Shown here piece by piece: positions 45,502 through 63,500 of a stretch of 64,000 bases of DNA. The notes under the pieces are model-generated. The model searched no databases. It had not been told where the DNA came from and worked only from the letters and a program-made list of their open reading frames with translations. The DNA is from Eledone cirrhosa (taxonomy: Eukaryota): the NCBI GenBank assembly GCA_964016885.1, contig OZ024740.1, positions 203,050,001-203,114,000 on the forward strand. Direction: 5' to 3'. A program made the translations under genes and the position numbers. How positions within the stretch are numbered: the first letter of the stretch is position 1; each line of letters opens with the position of its first letter.

Positions 45502-48500
45502 AACATGCATAACAATAACACTGGAATTAACAACAACAACAATAACAACAACAATGACATGCATAACAATAACACTGGAATTAACAACAACAACAACAAC
45601 AATAACATGCATAACAATAACACTGGAATTAACAACAACAACAACAATAACATGCATAACAATAACACTGGAATTAACAACAACAACAACAACAACAATG
45701 ACATGCATAACAATAACACTGGAATTAACAACAACAACAACAACAACAATGACATGCATAACAATAACACTGGGATTAACAACAACAACAACAATAACAT
45801 GCATAACAATAACACTGGAATTAACAACAACATCAACAACAACAATAACATGCATAACAATAACACTGGAATTAACAACAACAACAACAATAACATGCAT
45901 AACAATAACACTGGAATTAACAACAACAACAACAGCAGTAACATGCATAACAATAACACTGGAATTAACAACAACAACAACAACAATAACATGCATAACA
46001 ATAACACTGGAATTAACAACAACAACAACAATAACATGCATAACAATAACACTGGAATTAACAACAACAACAACAATAACATGCATAACAATAACACTGG
46101 AATTAACAACAACAACAACAATAACATGCATAACAATAACACTGGAATTAACAACAACAACAACAACAATAACATGCATAACAATAACACTGGAATTAAC
46201 AACAACAACAACAATAACATGCATAACAATAACACTGGAATTAACAACAACAACAACAACAATAACATGCATAACAATAACACTGGAATTAACAACAACA
46301 ACAACAACAATAACATGCATAATAATAACACTGGAATTAACAACAATAACAACAACAATAACATGCATAACAATAACACTGGAATTAACAACAACAACAA
46401 CAACAATAACATGCATAACAATAACACTGGAATTAACAACAACAATAACAACAACAATAACATGAATAACAACAACAATAACAACAACAATAACATGCAT
46501 AACAACAACAATAACAACAACAATAACATGCATAACAATAACACTGGAATTAACAACAACAACAACAATAACATGCATAACAATGACACTGGAATTAACA
46601 ACAACAACAACAATAACATGCATAACAATAACACTGGTATTAACAACAACAACAACAACAATAACACTGGAATTAACAACAAGAACAACAATAACAACAT
46701 GCATAACAATAACACTGGAATTAACAACAACAACAACAATAACATGCATAACAATAACACTGGAATTAACAACAACAACAACAACGATAACATGCATAAC
46801 AATAACACTGGAATTAACAACAACAACAACAACAATAACATGCATAACAATAACACTGGAATTAACAACAACAACAATAACAACATGCATAACAATAACA
46901 CTGGAATTAACAACAACAACAACAATAACACTGGAATTAACAACATCAACAACAATAACATGCATAACAATAACACTGGAATTAACAACAACAACAACAA
47001 CAACAATAACACTGGAATTAACAACAACAACAACAATAACACTGGAATTAACAACAAGAACAACAACAATAACATGCATAACAATAACACTGGAATTAAC
47101 AACAACAACAACGACAATAACATGCATAACAATAACACTGGAATTAACAACAACAACAACAACGATAACATGCATAACAATAACACTGGAATTAACAACA
47201 ACAACAACAACAACAACAATAACATGCATAACAATAACACTGAAATTAACAACAACAACAACAACAATAACATGCATAACAATAACACTGGAATTAACAA
47301 CAACAACAATAACATGCATAACAATAACACTGGAATTAACAACAACAACAACAACGATAACATGCATAACAATAACACTGGAATTAACAACAACAACAAC
47401 AACAATAACATGCATAACAATAACACTGGAATTAACAAAAACAATAACAACAACAATAACATGAATAACAACAACAATAACAACAACAATAACATGCATA
47501 ACAATAACACTGGAATTAACAACAATAACAACAACAATAACATGCATAACAATAACACTGGAATTAACAACAACAACAACAACAATAACATGCATAACAA
47601 TAACACTGGAATTAACAACAACAATAACAACAACAATAACATGCATAACAACAACAATAACAACAACAATAACATGCATAACAATAACACTGGAATTAAC
47701 AACAACAACAACAATAACATGCATAACAATAACACTGGAATTAACAACAACAACAACAATAACATGCATAACAATAACACTGGTATTAACAACAACAACA
47801 ACAACAATAACACTGGAATTAACAACAAGAACAACAATAACAACATGCATAACAATAACACTGGAATTAACAACAACAACAACAATAACATGCATAACAA
47901 TAACACTGGAATTAACAACAACAACAACAACGATAACATGCATAACAATAACACTGGAATTAACAACAACAACAACAACAATAACATGCATAACAATAAC
48001 ACTGGAATTAACAACAACAACAATAACAACATGCATAACAATAACACTGGAATTAACAACAATAACAACAATAACATTGGAATTAACAACATCAACAACA
48101 ATAACATGCATAACAATAACACTGGAATTAACAACAACAACAACAACAACAATAACACTGGAATTAACAACAACAACAACAACAATAACACTGGAATTAA
48201 CAACAAGAACAACAACAATAACATGCATAACAATAACACTGGAATTAACAACAACAACAACGACAATAACATGCATAACAATAACACTGGAATTAACAAC
48301 AACAACAACAACGATAACATGCATAACAATAACACTGGAATTAACAACAACAACAACAACAACAACAATAACATGCATAACAATAACACTGAAATTAACA
48401 ACAACAACAACAACAATAACATGCATAACAATAACACTGGAATTAACAACAACAACAATAACATGCATAACAATGACACTGGAATTAACAACAACAACAA

Positions 48501-51500
48501 CGATAACATGCATAACAATAACACTGGAATTAACGACAACAACAACAACAATAACATGCATAACAATAACACTGGAATTAACAACAACAACAACAACAAT
48601 AACATGCATAACAATAACACTGGGAATTAACAACAACAACAACAACGATAACATGCATAACAATAACACTGGAATTAACAACAACAACAACAACAACAAC
48701 AACAATAACATGCATAACAATAACACTGGAATTAACAACAACAACAACAACAATAACATGCATAACAATAACACTGGAATTAACAACAACAACAACAACA
48801 ATAACATGCATAACAATAACACTGGAATTAACAACAACAACAACAACTATAACATGCATAACAATAACACTGGAATTAACAACAACAACAACAACAACAA
48901 TAACATGCATAACAATAACACTGGAATTAATAACAACAATAACATGCATAACAATAACACTGGAATTAACAACAACAACAACAACAATAACATGCATAAC
49001 AATAACAGTAAGAATTAACAACAACAACAACAATAACAACATGCATAACAATAACACTGGAATTAACAACAACAACAACAACAATAACATGCATAACAAT
49101 AACACTGGGAATTAACAACAACAACAACAATAACATGCATAACAACAACACTGGAATTAACAACAACAACAACAATAACATGCATAACAATAACACTGGA
49201 ATTAACACAAACAACAACAATAACAACATGCATAACAATAACACTGGAATTAACAAGAACAACAACAACAATAACATGCATAACAATAACACTGGAATTA
49301 ACAACAACAACAACAACAACAACATGCATAACAATAACACTGGAATTAACAACAACAACAATAACAACATGCATAACAATAACACTGGAAGTAACAATAA
49401 CACTGGAAGTAACAACAACAACAACAACAATAACATGCATAACAAAAACACTGGAATTAACAACAATAACAACAACAACAACATGCATAACAATAACACT
49501 GGAATTAACAACAACAACAACAATAACAACATGCATAACAATAACACTGGAATTAACAACAACAACAACAACAACAATAACATGCATAACAATAACACTG
49601 GAATTAACAACAACAACAACAACAACAACAATAACATGCATAACAATAACATTAGAATTAACAACAACAACAATAACAACGATAACATGCATAACAATAA
49701 CACTGGGAATTAACAACAACAACAACAACAACAATAACATGCATAACAATAACACTGGAATTAACAACAACAACAACAACAATAACATGCATAACAATAA
49801 CACTGGGAATTAACAACAACAACAACAACAACAACAACAATAACATGCATAACAATAACACTGGAATTAACAACAACAACAACAACAACAATAACATGCA
49901 TAACAATAACACTGGCATTAACAACAACAATAACAACAATAACAACATGCATAACAATAACATTGGAATTAACAACAACAATAACAACAATAACATGCAT
50001 AACAATAACACTGGAATTAACAACAACAACAACAACAATATGCATAACAATAACACTGGAATTAACAACAACAACAACAACAACAATAACATGCATAACA
50101 ATAACACTGGGAATTAACAACAACAACAACAACAACAATAACATGCATAACAATAACACTGGAATTAACAACAACAACAATAACAACATGCATAACAATA
50201 ACACTGGAATTAACAACAACAACAACAATAACATGCATAACAATAACACTGGAATTAACAACAACAACAACAACAATAACATGCATAACAATAACACTGG
50301 AATTAACAACAACAACAACAACAATAACATGCATAACAATAACACTGGAATGAACAACAACAACAACAATAACATGCATAACAATAACACTGGAATTAGC
50401 AACAACAACAACAACAACAATAACATGCATAACAATAACACTGGAATTAACAACAACAACAACAATAACATGCATAACAATAACACTGGAATTGACAACA
50501 ACAATAACAACAATAACATGCATAACAATAACACTGGAATTAACAACAACAACAACAACAACAATAACATGCATAACAATAACACTGGAATTAACAACAA
50601 CAACAACAATAACATGCATAACAATAACACTGGAATTGACAACAACAACAACAATAACAACAATAACATGCATAACAATAACACTGGAATTAACAACAAC
50701 AACAATAACATGCATTACAATAACACTGGAATTAACAACAACAACAATAACAACAATAACATGCAGAACAATAACACTGGAATTAACAACAACAACAACA
50801 ACAACAACAATAACATGCATAACAATAACACTGGAATTAACAACAACAACAACAACAACAATAACATGCATAACAATAACACTAGAATTAACAACAACAA
50901 TAACAACAATAACATGCATAACAATAACACAGGAATTAACAACAACAACAATAACAACAATAACATGCATAACAATAACACTGGAATTAACAACAACAAC
51001 AAAATCAACAATAACATGCATAACAATAACACTGGAATTAACAACAACAATAACAACGATAACATGCATAACAATAACACTGGAATTAACAACAACAACA
51101 ACAATAACAACATGCATAACAATAACACTGGAATTAACAACAACAATAACAATAACATGCATAACAATAACACTGGAATTTACAACAACAATAACAACAA
51201 TAACATGCATAACAATAACACTGGAATTAACAACAACAACAACAATAACAATAACATGCATAACAATAACACTGGAATTAACAACAACAACAACAATAAC
51301 AACATGCATAACAATAACACTGGAATTAACAACAACAATAACAATAACATGCATAACAATAACACTGGAATTAACAACAACAACAACAACAATAACATGC
51401 ATAACAATAACACTGGAATTAACAACAACAACAACAACAACATGCATAACAATAACACTGGAATTAACAACAACAACAACAACAACAATAACATGCATAA

Positions 51501-54500
51501 CAATAACACTGGAATTAACAACAACAACAACAACAATAACATGCATAACAATAACACTGGAATTAACAACAACAACAACAATAACAATAACATGCATAAC
51601 AATAACACTGGAATTAACAACAACAGCAACAACAATAACATGCATAACAATAACACTGGAATTAACAACAACAACAACAATAACATGCATAACAAAAACA
51701 CTGGAATTAACAACAATAACAACAACAATAACATGCATAACAATAACACTGGAATTAACAATAACAACAACAATAACATGCATAACAATAACACTGGAAT
51801 TAACAACAACAACAACAATAACATGCATAACAATAACACTGGAATTAACAATAACAACAACAATAACATGCATAACAATAACACTGGAATTAACAACAAC
51901 AACAACAATAACATGCATAACAATAACACTGGAATTAACAACAACAACAACAATAACATGCATAACAATAACACTGGAATTAACAACAACAATAACAACA
52001 ATAACATGCATAACAATAACACTGGAATTAACAACAACAACAACAACAACAATAACATGCATAACAATAACACTGGAATTAACAACAACAACAACAATAA
52101 CATGCATAACAATAACACTGAAATTGACAACAACAACAACAATAACAACAATAACATGCATAACAATAACACTGGAATTAACAACAACAACAATAACATG
52201 CATAACAATAACACTGGAATTAACAACAACAACAATAACAACAATAACATGCATAACAATAACACTGGAATTAACAACAACAACAACAACAACAATTACA
52301 TGCATAACAATAACACTGGAATTAACAACAACAACAACAACAATAACATGCATAACAATAACACTGGAATTAAAAACAACAATAACAACAATAACACGCA
52401 TAACAATAACACTGGAATTAACAACAACAATAACAACAACAATAACACGCATAACAATAACACTGGAATTAACAACAACAATAACAACAATAACATGCAT
52501 AACAATAACACTGGAATTATCTAACAACAACAACAACAACAATAACATGCATAACAATAACACTGTAATAAACTAACAGCAACAACAACAATAACATGCA
52601 TAACAATAACACTGGAATTAACAACAACAATAACAACAATAACATGCATAACAATAACACTGGAATTAACAACAACAATAACAACAATAACACGCATAAC
52701 AATAACACTGGAATTAACAACAACAATAACAACAACAATAACACGCATAACAATAACACTGGAATTAACAACAACAACAACAACAATAACATGCATAACA
52801 ATAACACTGGAATTAACAACAACAACAACAATAACAACATGCATAACAATAACACTGGAATTAACAACAACAACAACAATAATATGCATAACAATAACAC
52901 TGGAATTAACAACAACAACAATAACATGCATAACAATAACCCTGGAATTAACAACAACAACAATAACAACAATAACATGCAGAACAATAACACTGGAATT
53001 AACAACAACAACAACAACAACAATAACATGCATAACAATAACACTGGAATTAACAACAACAACAACAACAATAACATGCATAACAATAACACTGGAATTA
53101 ACAACAACAATAACAACAATAACATGCATAACAATAACACTGGAATTAACAACAACAACAATAACAACAATAACATGCATAACAATAACACTGGAATTAA
53201 CAACAACAACAACAACAATAACATGCATAACAATAACACTGGAATTAACAACAACAATAACAACAATAACATGCATAACAATAACACTGGAATTAACAAC
53301 AACAACAATAACAACATGCATAACAATAACACTGGAATTAACAACAACAATAACAATAACATGCATAACAATAACACTGGAATTAACAACAACAATAACA
53401 ATAACATGCATAACAATAACACTGGAATTAACAACAACAACAACAATAACAATAACATGCATAACAATAACACTGGAATTAACAACAACAACAACAATAA
53501 CATGCATAACAATAACACTGGATTTAACAACAACAACAACAACAACAATAACATGCATAACAGTAACACTGGAATTAACAACAACAATATCATGCATAAC
53601 AATAACACTGGAATTAACAACAACAACAACAACAACAATAACATGCATAACAATAACACTGGAATTAACAACAACAACAACAACAATAACATGCATAACA
53701 ATAACACTGGAATTAACAACAACAACAACAATAACAATAACATGCATAACAATAACACTGGAATTAACAACAACAACAACAACAATAACATGCATAACAA
53801 TAACACTGGAATTAACAACAACAACAACAATAACATGCATAACAATAACACTGGAATTAACAATAACAACAACAATAACATGCATAACAATAACACTGGA
53901 ATTAACAACAACAACAACAATAACATGCATAACAATAACACTGGAATTACCAATAACAACAACAATAACATGCATAACAATAACACTGGAATTAACAACA
54001 ACAACAACAATAACATGCATAACAATAACACTGGAATTAACAACAACAACAACAACAACAATAACATGCATAACAATAACACTGGAATTAACAACAACAA
54101 TAACAACAACAATAACATGCATAACAATAACACTGGAATTAACAACAACAACAACAATAACATGCATAACAATAACACTGGAATTAACAACAACAATAAC
54201 AACAACAATAACATGCATAACAATAACACTGGAATTAACAACAACAACAACAACAATAACATGCATAACAATAACATTGGAATTAACAACAACAACAACA
54301 ACAACAACAATAACAGGCATAACAATAACACTGGGAATTAACTAACAACAACAACAACAATAACATGCATAACAATAACACTGGAATTAACAACAACAAC
54401 AACAACAATAACATGCATAACAATAACACTGGAATTAACAACAACAACAACAACAATAACATGCATAACAATAACACTGGGAATTAACTAACAACAACAA

Positions 54501-57500
54501 CAACAATAACATGCATAACAATAACACTGGAATTAACAACAACAATAACAACATCATGCATAACAATTACACTGGAATTAACAACAACAATAACAACAAT
54601 AACATGCATAACAATAACACTGGAATTAACAACAACAACAACAACAACAACATGCATAATAATAACACTGGAATTAACAACAACAACAACAACAATAACA
54701 TGCATAACAATAACACTGGAATTAACAACAACAATAACAACAATAACATGCATAACAATAACACTGGAATTAACAACAACAATAACAACAATAACATGCA
54801 TAACAATAACACTGGAATTAACAACAACAATAACAACAATAACATGCATAACAATAACACTGGATTTAACAACAACAACAACAACAATAACATGCATAAC
54901 AATAACACTGGAATTAACAACAACAATAACAACAATAACATGCATAACAATAACACTGGAATTAACAACAACAATAACAACAATAACATGCATAACAATA
55001 ACACTGGAATTAACTAACAACAACAACAACAATAACATGCATAACAATAACACTGGAATTAACAACAACAATAACAACAATAACATGCATAACAATAACA
55101 CTGGAATTAACAACAACAATAACAACAATAACATGCATAACAATAACACTGGAATTAACAACAACAATAACAACAATAACATGCATAACAATAACACTGG
55201 AATTAACAACAACAACAACAACAATAACACGCATAACAATAACACTGGAATTAACAACAACAACAACAGCAACAATAACATGCATAACAATAACACTGGA
55301 ATTAACAACAACAACAACAATAACAACATGCATAACAATAACACTGGAATTAACAACAACAACAACAATAACATGCATAACAATATCACTGGAATTAACA
55401 ACAACAACAACAACAACAATAACATGCATAACAATAACACTGGAATTAACAACAACAACAACAACAATAACATGCATAACAATAACACTGGAATTAACAA
55501 CAACAACAACAATAACATGCATAACAATGACACTGGAATTGACAACAACAACAACAATAACAACAATAACATGCATAACAATAACACTGGAATTAACAAC
55601 AACAACAACAATAACATGCATAACAATAACACTGGAATTAACAACAACAACAATAACAACAATAACATGCATAAAAATAACACTGGAATTAACAACAACA
55701 ACAACAACAATAACATGCATAACAATAACACTGGAATTAACAACAACAACAACAATAACATGCATAACAATAACACTGGAATTAACAACAACAATAACAT
55801 GCATAACAATAACACTGGAATTAACAACAACAACAATAACAACAATAACATGCATAACAATAACACTGGAATTAACAACAACAACAACAATAATAACATG
55901 CATAACAATAACACTGGAATTAACAACAACAATAACAACAATAACATGCATAACAATAACACTGGAATTAACAACAACAATAACAACAATAACATGCATA
56001 ACAATAACACTGGAATTAACAACAACAACAATAACAACAATAACATGCATAACAATAACACTGGAATTACCAACAACAACAACAACAATAACAATAACAC
56101 TGGAATTAACAACAACAATAACAACAATAACATGCATAACAATAACACTGGAATTAACAACAACAACAACAACAACAATAACAATAACACTGGAATTAAC
56201 AACAACAATAACAACAATAACATGCATAACAATAACACTGGAATTAACAACAACAACAACAACAACAATAACATGCATAACAATAACACTGGAATTAACA
56301 ACAACAATAACAACAACAATAACGTGCATAACAATAATACTGGAATTAACAACAACAACAACAACAATAACATGCATAACAATAACACTGGAATTAACAA
56401 CAACAATACCAACAATAACATGCATAACAATAACACTGGAATTAACAACAACAACAACAATAACAATAACATGCATAAAAATAACACTGGAATTAACAAC
56501 AACAACAACAACAACAATAACATGCATAACAATAACATTGGAATTAACAACAACAACAACAACAATAACATGCATAACAATAACACTGGAATTAACAACA
56601 ACAACAACAACAACAATAACATGCATAACAATAACACTAGAATTAACAACAACAACAATAGCATGCATAACAATAACACTGGAATTAACAACAACAACAA
56701 CAATAACAATAACATGCATAACAATAACACTGGAATTAACAACAACAATAACAACAATAACATGCATAACAATAACACTGGAATTAACAACAACAACAAC
56801 AACAACAATAACATGCATAACAATAACACTGGAATTAACAACAACAATAACAACAATAACATGCATAAGAATAACACTGGAATTAACAACAACAACAATA
56901 ACAACAATAACATGCATAACAATAACACTGGAATTAACAACAACAACAACAATAATAACATGCATAACAATAACACTGGAATTAACAACAACAATAACAA
57001 CAATAACATGCATAACAATAACACTGGAATTAACAACAACAACAACAACAATAACATGCATAACAATAACACTGGAATTAACAACAACAACAACAATAAC
57101 ATGCATAACAATAACACTGGAATTAACAACAACAACAACAATAACAATAACATGCATAACAATAACAGTGGAATTAACAACAACAATAACAACAATAACA
57201 TGCATAACAATAACACTGGAATTAACAACAACAACAACAACAATAACATGCATAACAATAACACTGGAATTAACAACAAAAACAACAACAACAATAACAT
57301 GCATAACAATAACACTGGAATTAACAACAACAATAACAACAATAACATGCATAACAATAACAGTGGAATTAACAACAACAACAACAACAACAATAACATG
57401 CATAACAATAACACTGGAATTAACAACAACAATAACAATAACATGCATAACAATAACACTGGAATTAACAACAACAATAACAACAACAATAACATGCATA

Positions 57501-60500
57501 ACAATAACACTGGAATTAACAACAACAATAACAACAACAATAACATGCATAACAATAACACTGGAATTAACAACAACAACAACAACAATAACATGCATAA
57601 CAATAACACTGGAATTAACAACAACAACAACAACAATAACATGCATAACAATAACACTGGAATTAACAACAACAACAATAACATGCATAACAATAACACT
57701 GGAATTAACAACAACAACAACAACAATAACATGCATAACAATAACACTGGAATTAACAACAACAATAACAACAACAATAACATGCATAACAATAACACTG
57801 GAATTAACAACAACAACAACAAAAACATGCATAACAATAACACTGGAATTAACAACAACAACAATAACAACAATAACATGCATAACAATAACACTGGAAT
57901 TAACAACAACAATAACAATAACATGCATAACAATAACACTGGAATTAACAACAACAACAACAATAACATGCATAACAATAACACTGGAATTAACAACAAC
58001 AACAACAATAACAACATGCATAACAATAACACTGGAATTAACAACAACAATAACAATAACATGCATAACAATAACACTGGAATTAACAACAACAATAACA
58101 ACAATAACATGCATAACAATAACACTGGAATTAACAACAACAACAACAATAACAATAACATGCATAACAATAACACTGAAATTAACAACAATAACAACAA
58201 CAACAATAACATGCATAACAATAACACAGGAATTAACAACAACAACAACAACAATAACATGTATAACAATAACACTGGAATTAACAACAACAACAACAAC
58301 AATAACATGCATAACAATAACACTGGAATTAACAACAACAACAACAATAACATGCATAACAATAACACTGGAATTAACAACAACAACAACAATAACATGC
58401 ATAACAATAACACTGGAATTAACAATAACAACAACAATAACATGCATAACAATAACACTGGAATTAACAACAACAACAACAATAACATGCATAACAATAA
58501 CACTGGAATTAACAATAACAACAACAATAACATGCATAACAATAACACTGGAATTAACAACAACAACAACAATAACAAGCGTAACAATAACACTGGAATT
58601 AACAACAACAACAACAACAATAACATGCATAACAATAACACTGGAATTAACAACAACAACAACAACAACAATAACATGCATAACAATAACACTGGAATTA
58701 ACAACAACAACAACAATAACATGCATAACAATAACACTGGAATTAACAACAACAACAACAATAACATGCATAACAATAACACTGGAATTAACAACAACAA
58801 CAACAACAACAATAACATGCATAAAAATAACACTGGAATTAACAACAACAACAACAACAACAATAAAATGCATAACAATAACACTGGAATTAACAACAAC
58901 AACAACAATAACATGCATAACAATAACACTGGAATTAACAACAACAACAACAATAACATGCATAACAATAACACTGGAATTAACAACAACAACAACAACA
59001 ATAACATGCATAACAATAACACTGGAATTAACAACAACAACAACAACAACAATAACATGCATAACAATAACACTGGAATTAACAACAACAACAACAATAA
59101 CATGCATAACAATAACACTGGAATTAACAACAACAACAACAACAATAACATACATAACAATAACACTGGAATTAACAACAACAACAACAACAATAACATG
59201 CATAACAATAACACTGGAATTAACAACAACAACAACATCAATAACATGCATAACAATAACACTGGAATTAACAACAACAACAACAACAACAATAACATGC
59301 ATAACAATAACACTGGAATTAACAACAACAACAACAACAATAACATGCATAACAATAACACTGGAATTAACAACAACAACAACAACAATAACATGCATAA
59401 CAATAACACTGGAATTAACAACAACAACAACAACAATAACATGCATAACAATAACACTGGAATTAACAACAACAATAACAACAATAACATGCATAACAAT
59501 AACACTGGAATTAACAACAACAACAACAATAACATGCATAACAATAACACTGGAATTAACAATAACAACAATAACATGCATAACAATAACACTGGAATTA
59601 ACAACAACAACAACAACAATAACATGCATAACAATAACACTGGAATTAACAACAACAACAACAACAATAACATGCATAACAATAACACTGGAATTAACAA
59701 CAACAATAACATGCATAACAATAACACTGGAATTAACAACAACAACAATAACAACAATAACATGCATAACAATAACACTGGAATTAACAACAACAACAAC
59801 AATAATAACATGCATAACAATAACACTGGAATTAACAACAACAATAACAACAATAACATGCATAACAATAACACTGGAATTAACAACAACAATAACAACA
59901 ATAACATGCATAACAATAACACTGGAATTAACAACAACAACAATAACAACAATAACATGCATAACAATAACACTGGAATTAACAACAACAACAACAACAA
60001 CAATAACAATAACACTGGAATTAACAACAACAATAACAACAATAACATGCATAACAATAACACTGGAATTAACAACAACAACAACAACAACAATAACATG
60101 CATAACAATAACACTGGAATTAACAACAACAATAACAACAACAATAACATGCATAACAATAACGCTGGAATTAACAACAACAACAACAACAATAACATGC
60201 ATAACAATAACACTGGAATTAACAACAACAACAACAATAACATGCATAACAATAACACTGGAATTAACAACAACAACAATAACAACAATAACATGCATAA
60301 CAATAACAGTGGAATTAACAACAACAACAACAACAATAACATGCATAACAATAACACTGGAATTAACAACAACAATAACAATAACATGCATAACAATAAC
60401 ACTGGAATTAACAACAACAACAACAACAACAATGACATGCATAACAATAACACTGGAATTAACAACAACAACAACAAAAACATGCATAACAATAACACTG

Positions 60501-63500
60501 GAATTAACAACAACAACAATAACAACAATAACATGCATAACAATAACACTGGAAATAACAACAACAATAACAACAACAATAACATGCATAACAATAACAC
60601 TGGAATTAACAACAACAATAACATGCATAACAATAACACTGGAATTAACAACAACAACAACAACAATAACATGCATAACAATAACACTGGAATTAACAAC
60701 AACAACAATAACATGCATAACAATAACACTGGAATTAACAACAACAACAACAACAATAACATGCATAACAATAACACTGGAATTAACAACAACAATAACA
60801 ACAACAATAACATGCATAACAATAACACTGGAATTAACAACAACAACAACAACAATAACATGCATAACAATAACACTGGAATTAACAACAACAACAACAA
60901 CAACAATGACATGCATAACAATAACACTGGAATTAACAACAACAACAACAAAAACATGCATAACAATAACACTGGAATTAACAACAACAACAATAACAAC
61001 AATAACATGCATAACAATAACACTGGAAATAACAACAACAATAACAATAACATGCATAATAATAACACTGGAATTAACAACAACAACAACAATAACATGC
61101 ATAACAATAACACTGGAATTAACAACAACAACAACAATAACAACATGCATAACAATAACACTGGAATTAACAACAACAATAACAATAACATGCATAACAA
61201 TAACACTGGAATTAACAACAACAATAACAACAATAACATGCATAACAATAACACTGGAATTAACAACAACAATAACAATAACATGCATAACAATAACACT
61301 GGAATTAACAACAACAACAACAACAATAACATGTATAACAATAACACTGGAATTAACAACAACAACAACAACAACAACAATAACATGCATAACAATAACA
61401 CTGGAATTAACAACAACAACAACAATAACATGCATAACAATAACACTGGAATTAACAACAACAACAACAATAACATGCATAACAATAACACTGGAATTAA
61501 CAATAACAACAACAATAACATGCATAACAATAACACTGGAATTAACAACAACAACAACAATAACATGCATAACAATAACACTGGAATTAACAATAACAAC
61601 AACAATAACATGCATAACAATAACACTGGAATTAACAACAACAACAACAATAACAAGCGTAACAATAACACTGGAATTAACAACAACAACAACAACAATA
61701 ACATGCATAACAATAACACTGGAATTAACAACAACAACAACAACAACAATAACATGCATAACAATAACACTGGAATTAACAACAACAACAACAATAACAT
61801 GCATAACAATAACACTGGAATTAACAACAACAACAACAATAACATGCATAACAATAACACTGGAATTAACAACAACAACAACAACAACAATAACATGCAT
61901 AACAATAACACTGGAATTAACAACAACAACAACAACAATAAAATGCATAACAATAACACTGGAATTAACAACAACAACAACAATAACATGCATAACAATA
62001 ACACTGGAATTAACAACAACAACAACAATAACATGCATAACAATAACACTGGAATTAACAACAACAACAACAACAATAACATGCATAACAATAACACTGG
62101 AATTAACAACAACAACAACAACAACAATAACATGCATAACAATAACACTGGAATTAACAACAACAACAACAATAACATGCATAACAATAACACTGGAATT
62201 AACAACAACAACAACAACAATAACATGCATAACAATAACACTGGAATTAACAACAACAACAACAACAATAACATGCATAACAATAACACTGGAATTAACA
62301 ACAACAACAACATCAATAACATGCATAACAATAACACTGGAATTAACAACAACAACAACAACAATAACATGCATAACAATAACACTGGAATTAACAACAA
62401 CAACAACAACAATAACATGCATAACAATAACACTGGAATTAACAACAACAACAACAACAATAACATGCATAACAATAACACTGGAATTAACAACAACAAC
62501 AACAACAATAACATGCATAACAATAACACTGGAATTAACAACAACAATAACAACAATAACATGCATAACAATAACACTGGAATTAACAACAACAACAACA
62601 ATAACATGCATAACAATAACACTGGAATTAACAACAACAACAATAACAACAATAACATGCATAACAATAACACTGGAATTAACAACAACAACAACAACAA
62701 TAACATGCATAACAATAACACTGGAATTAACAACAACAATAACATGCATAACAATAACACTGGAATTAACAACAACAACAACAATAACATGCATAACAAT
62801 AACACTGGAATTAACAACAACAACAATAACAACAATAACATGCATAAAAATAACACTGGAATTAACAACAACAACAACAACAATAACATGCATAACAATA
62901 ACACTGGAATTAACAACAACAACAACAACAATAACATGCATAACAATAACACTGGAATTAACAACAACAATAACATGCATAACAATAACACTGGAATTAA
63001 CAACAACAACAATAACAACAATAACATGCATAACAATAACACTGGAATTAACAACAACAACAACAATAATAACATGCATAACAATAACACTGGAATTAAC
63101 AACAACAATAACAACAATAACATGCATAACAATAACACTGGAATTAACAACAACAATAACAACAATAACATGCATAACAATAACACTGGAATTAACAACA
63201 ACAACAATAACAACAATAACATGCATAACAATAACACTGGAATTACCAACAACAACAACAACAACAATAACAATAACACTGGAATTAACAACAACAATAA
63301 CAACAATAACATGCATAACAATAACACTGGAATTAACAACAACAACAACAACAACAATAACAATAACACTGGAATTAACAATAACAACAACAATAACATG
63401 CATAACAATAACACTGGAATTAACAACAACAACAACAATAACAAGCGTAACAATAACACTGGAATTAACAACAACAACAACAACAATAACATGCATAACA

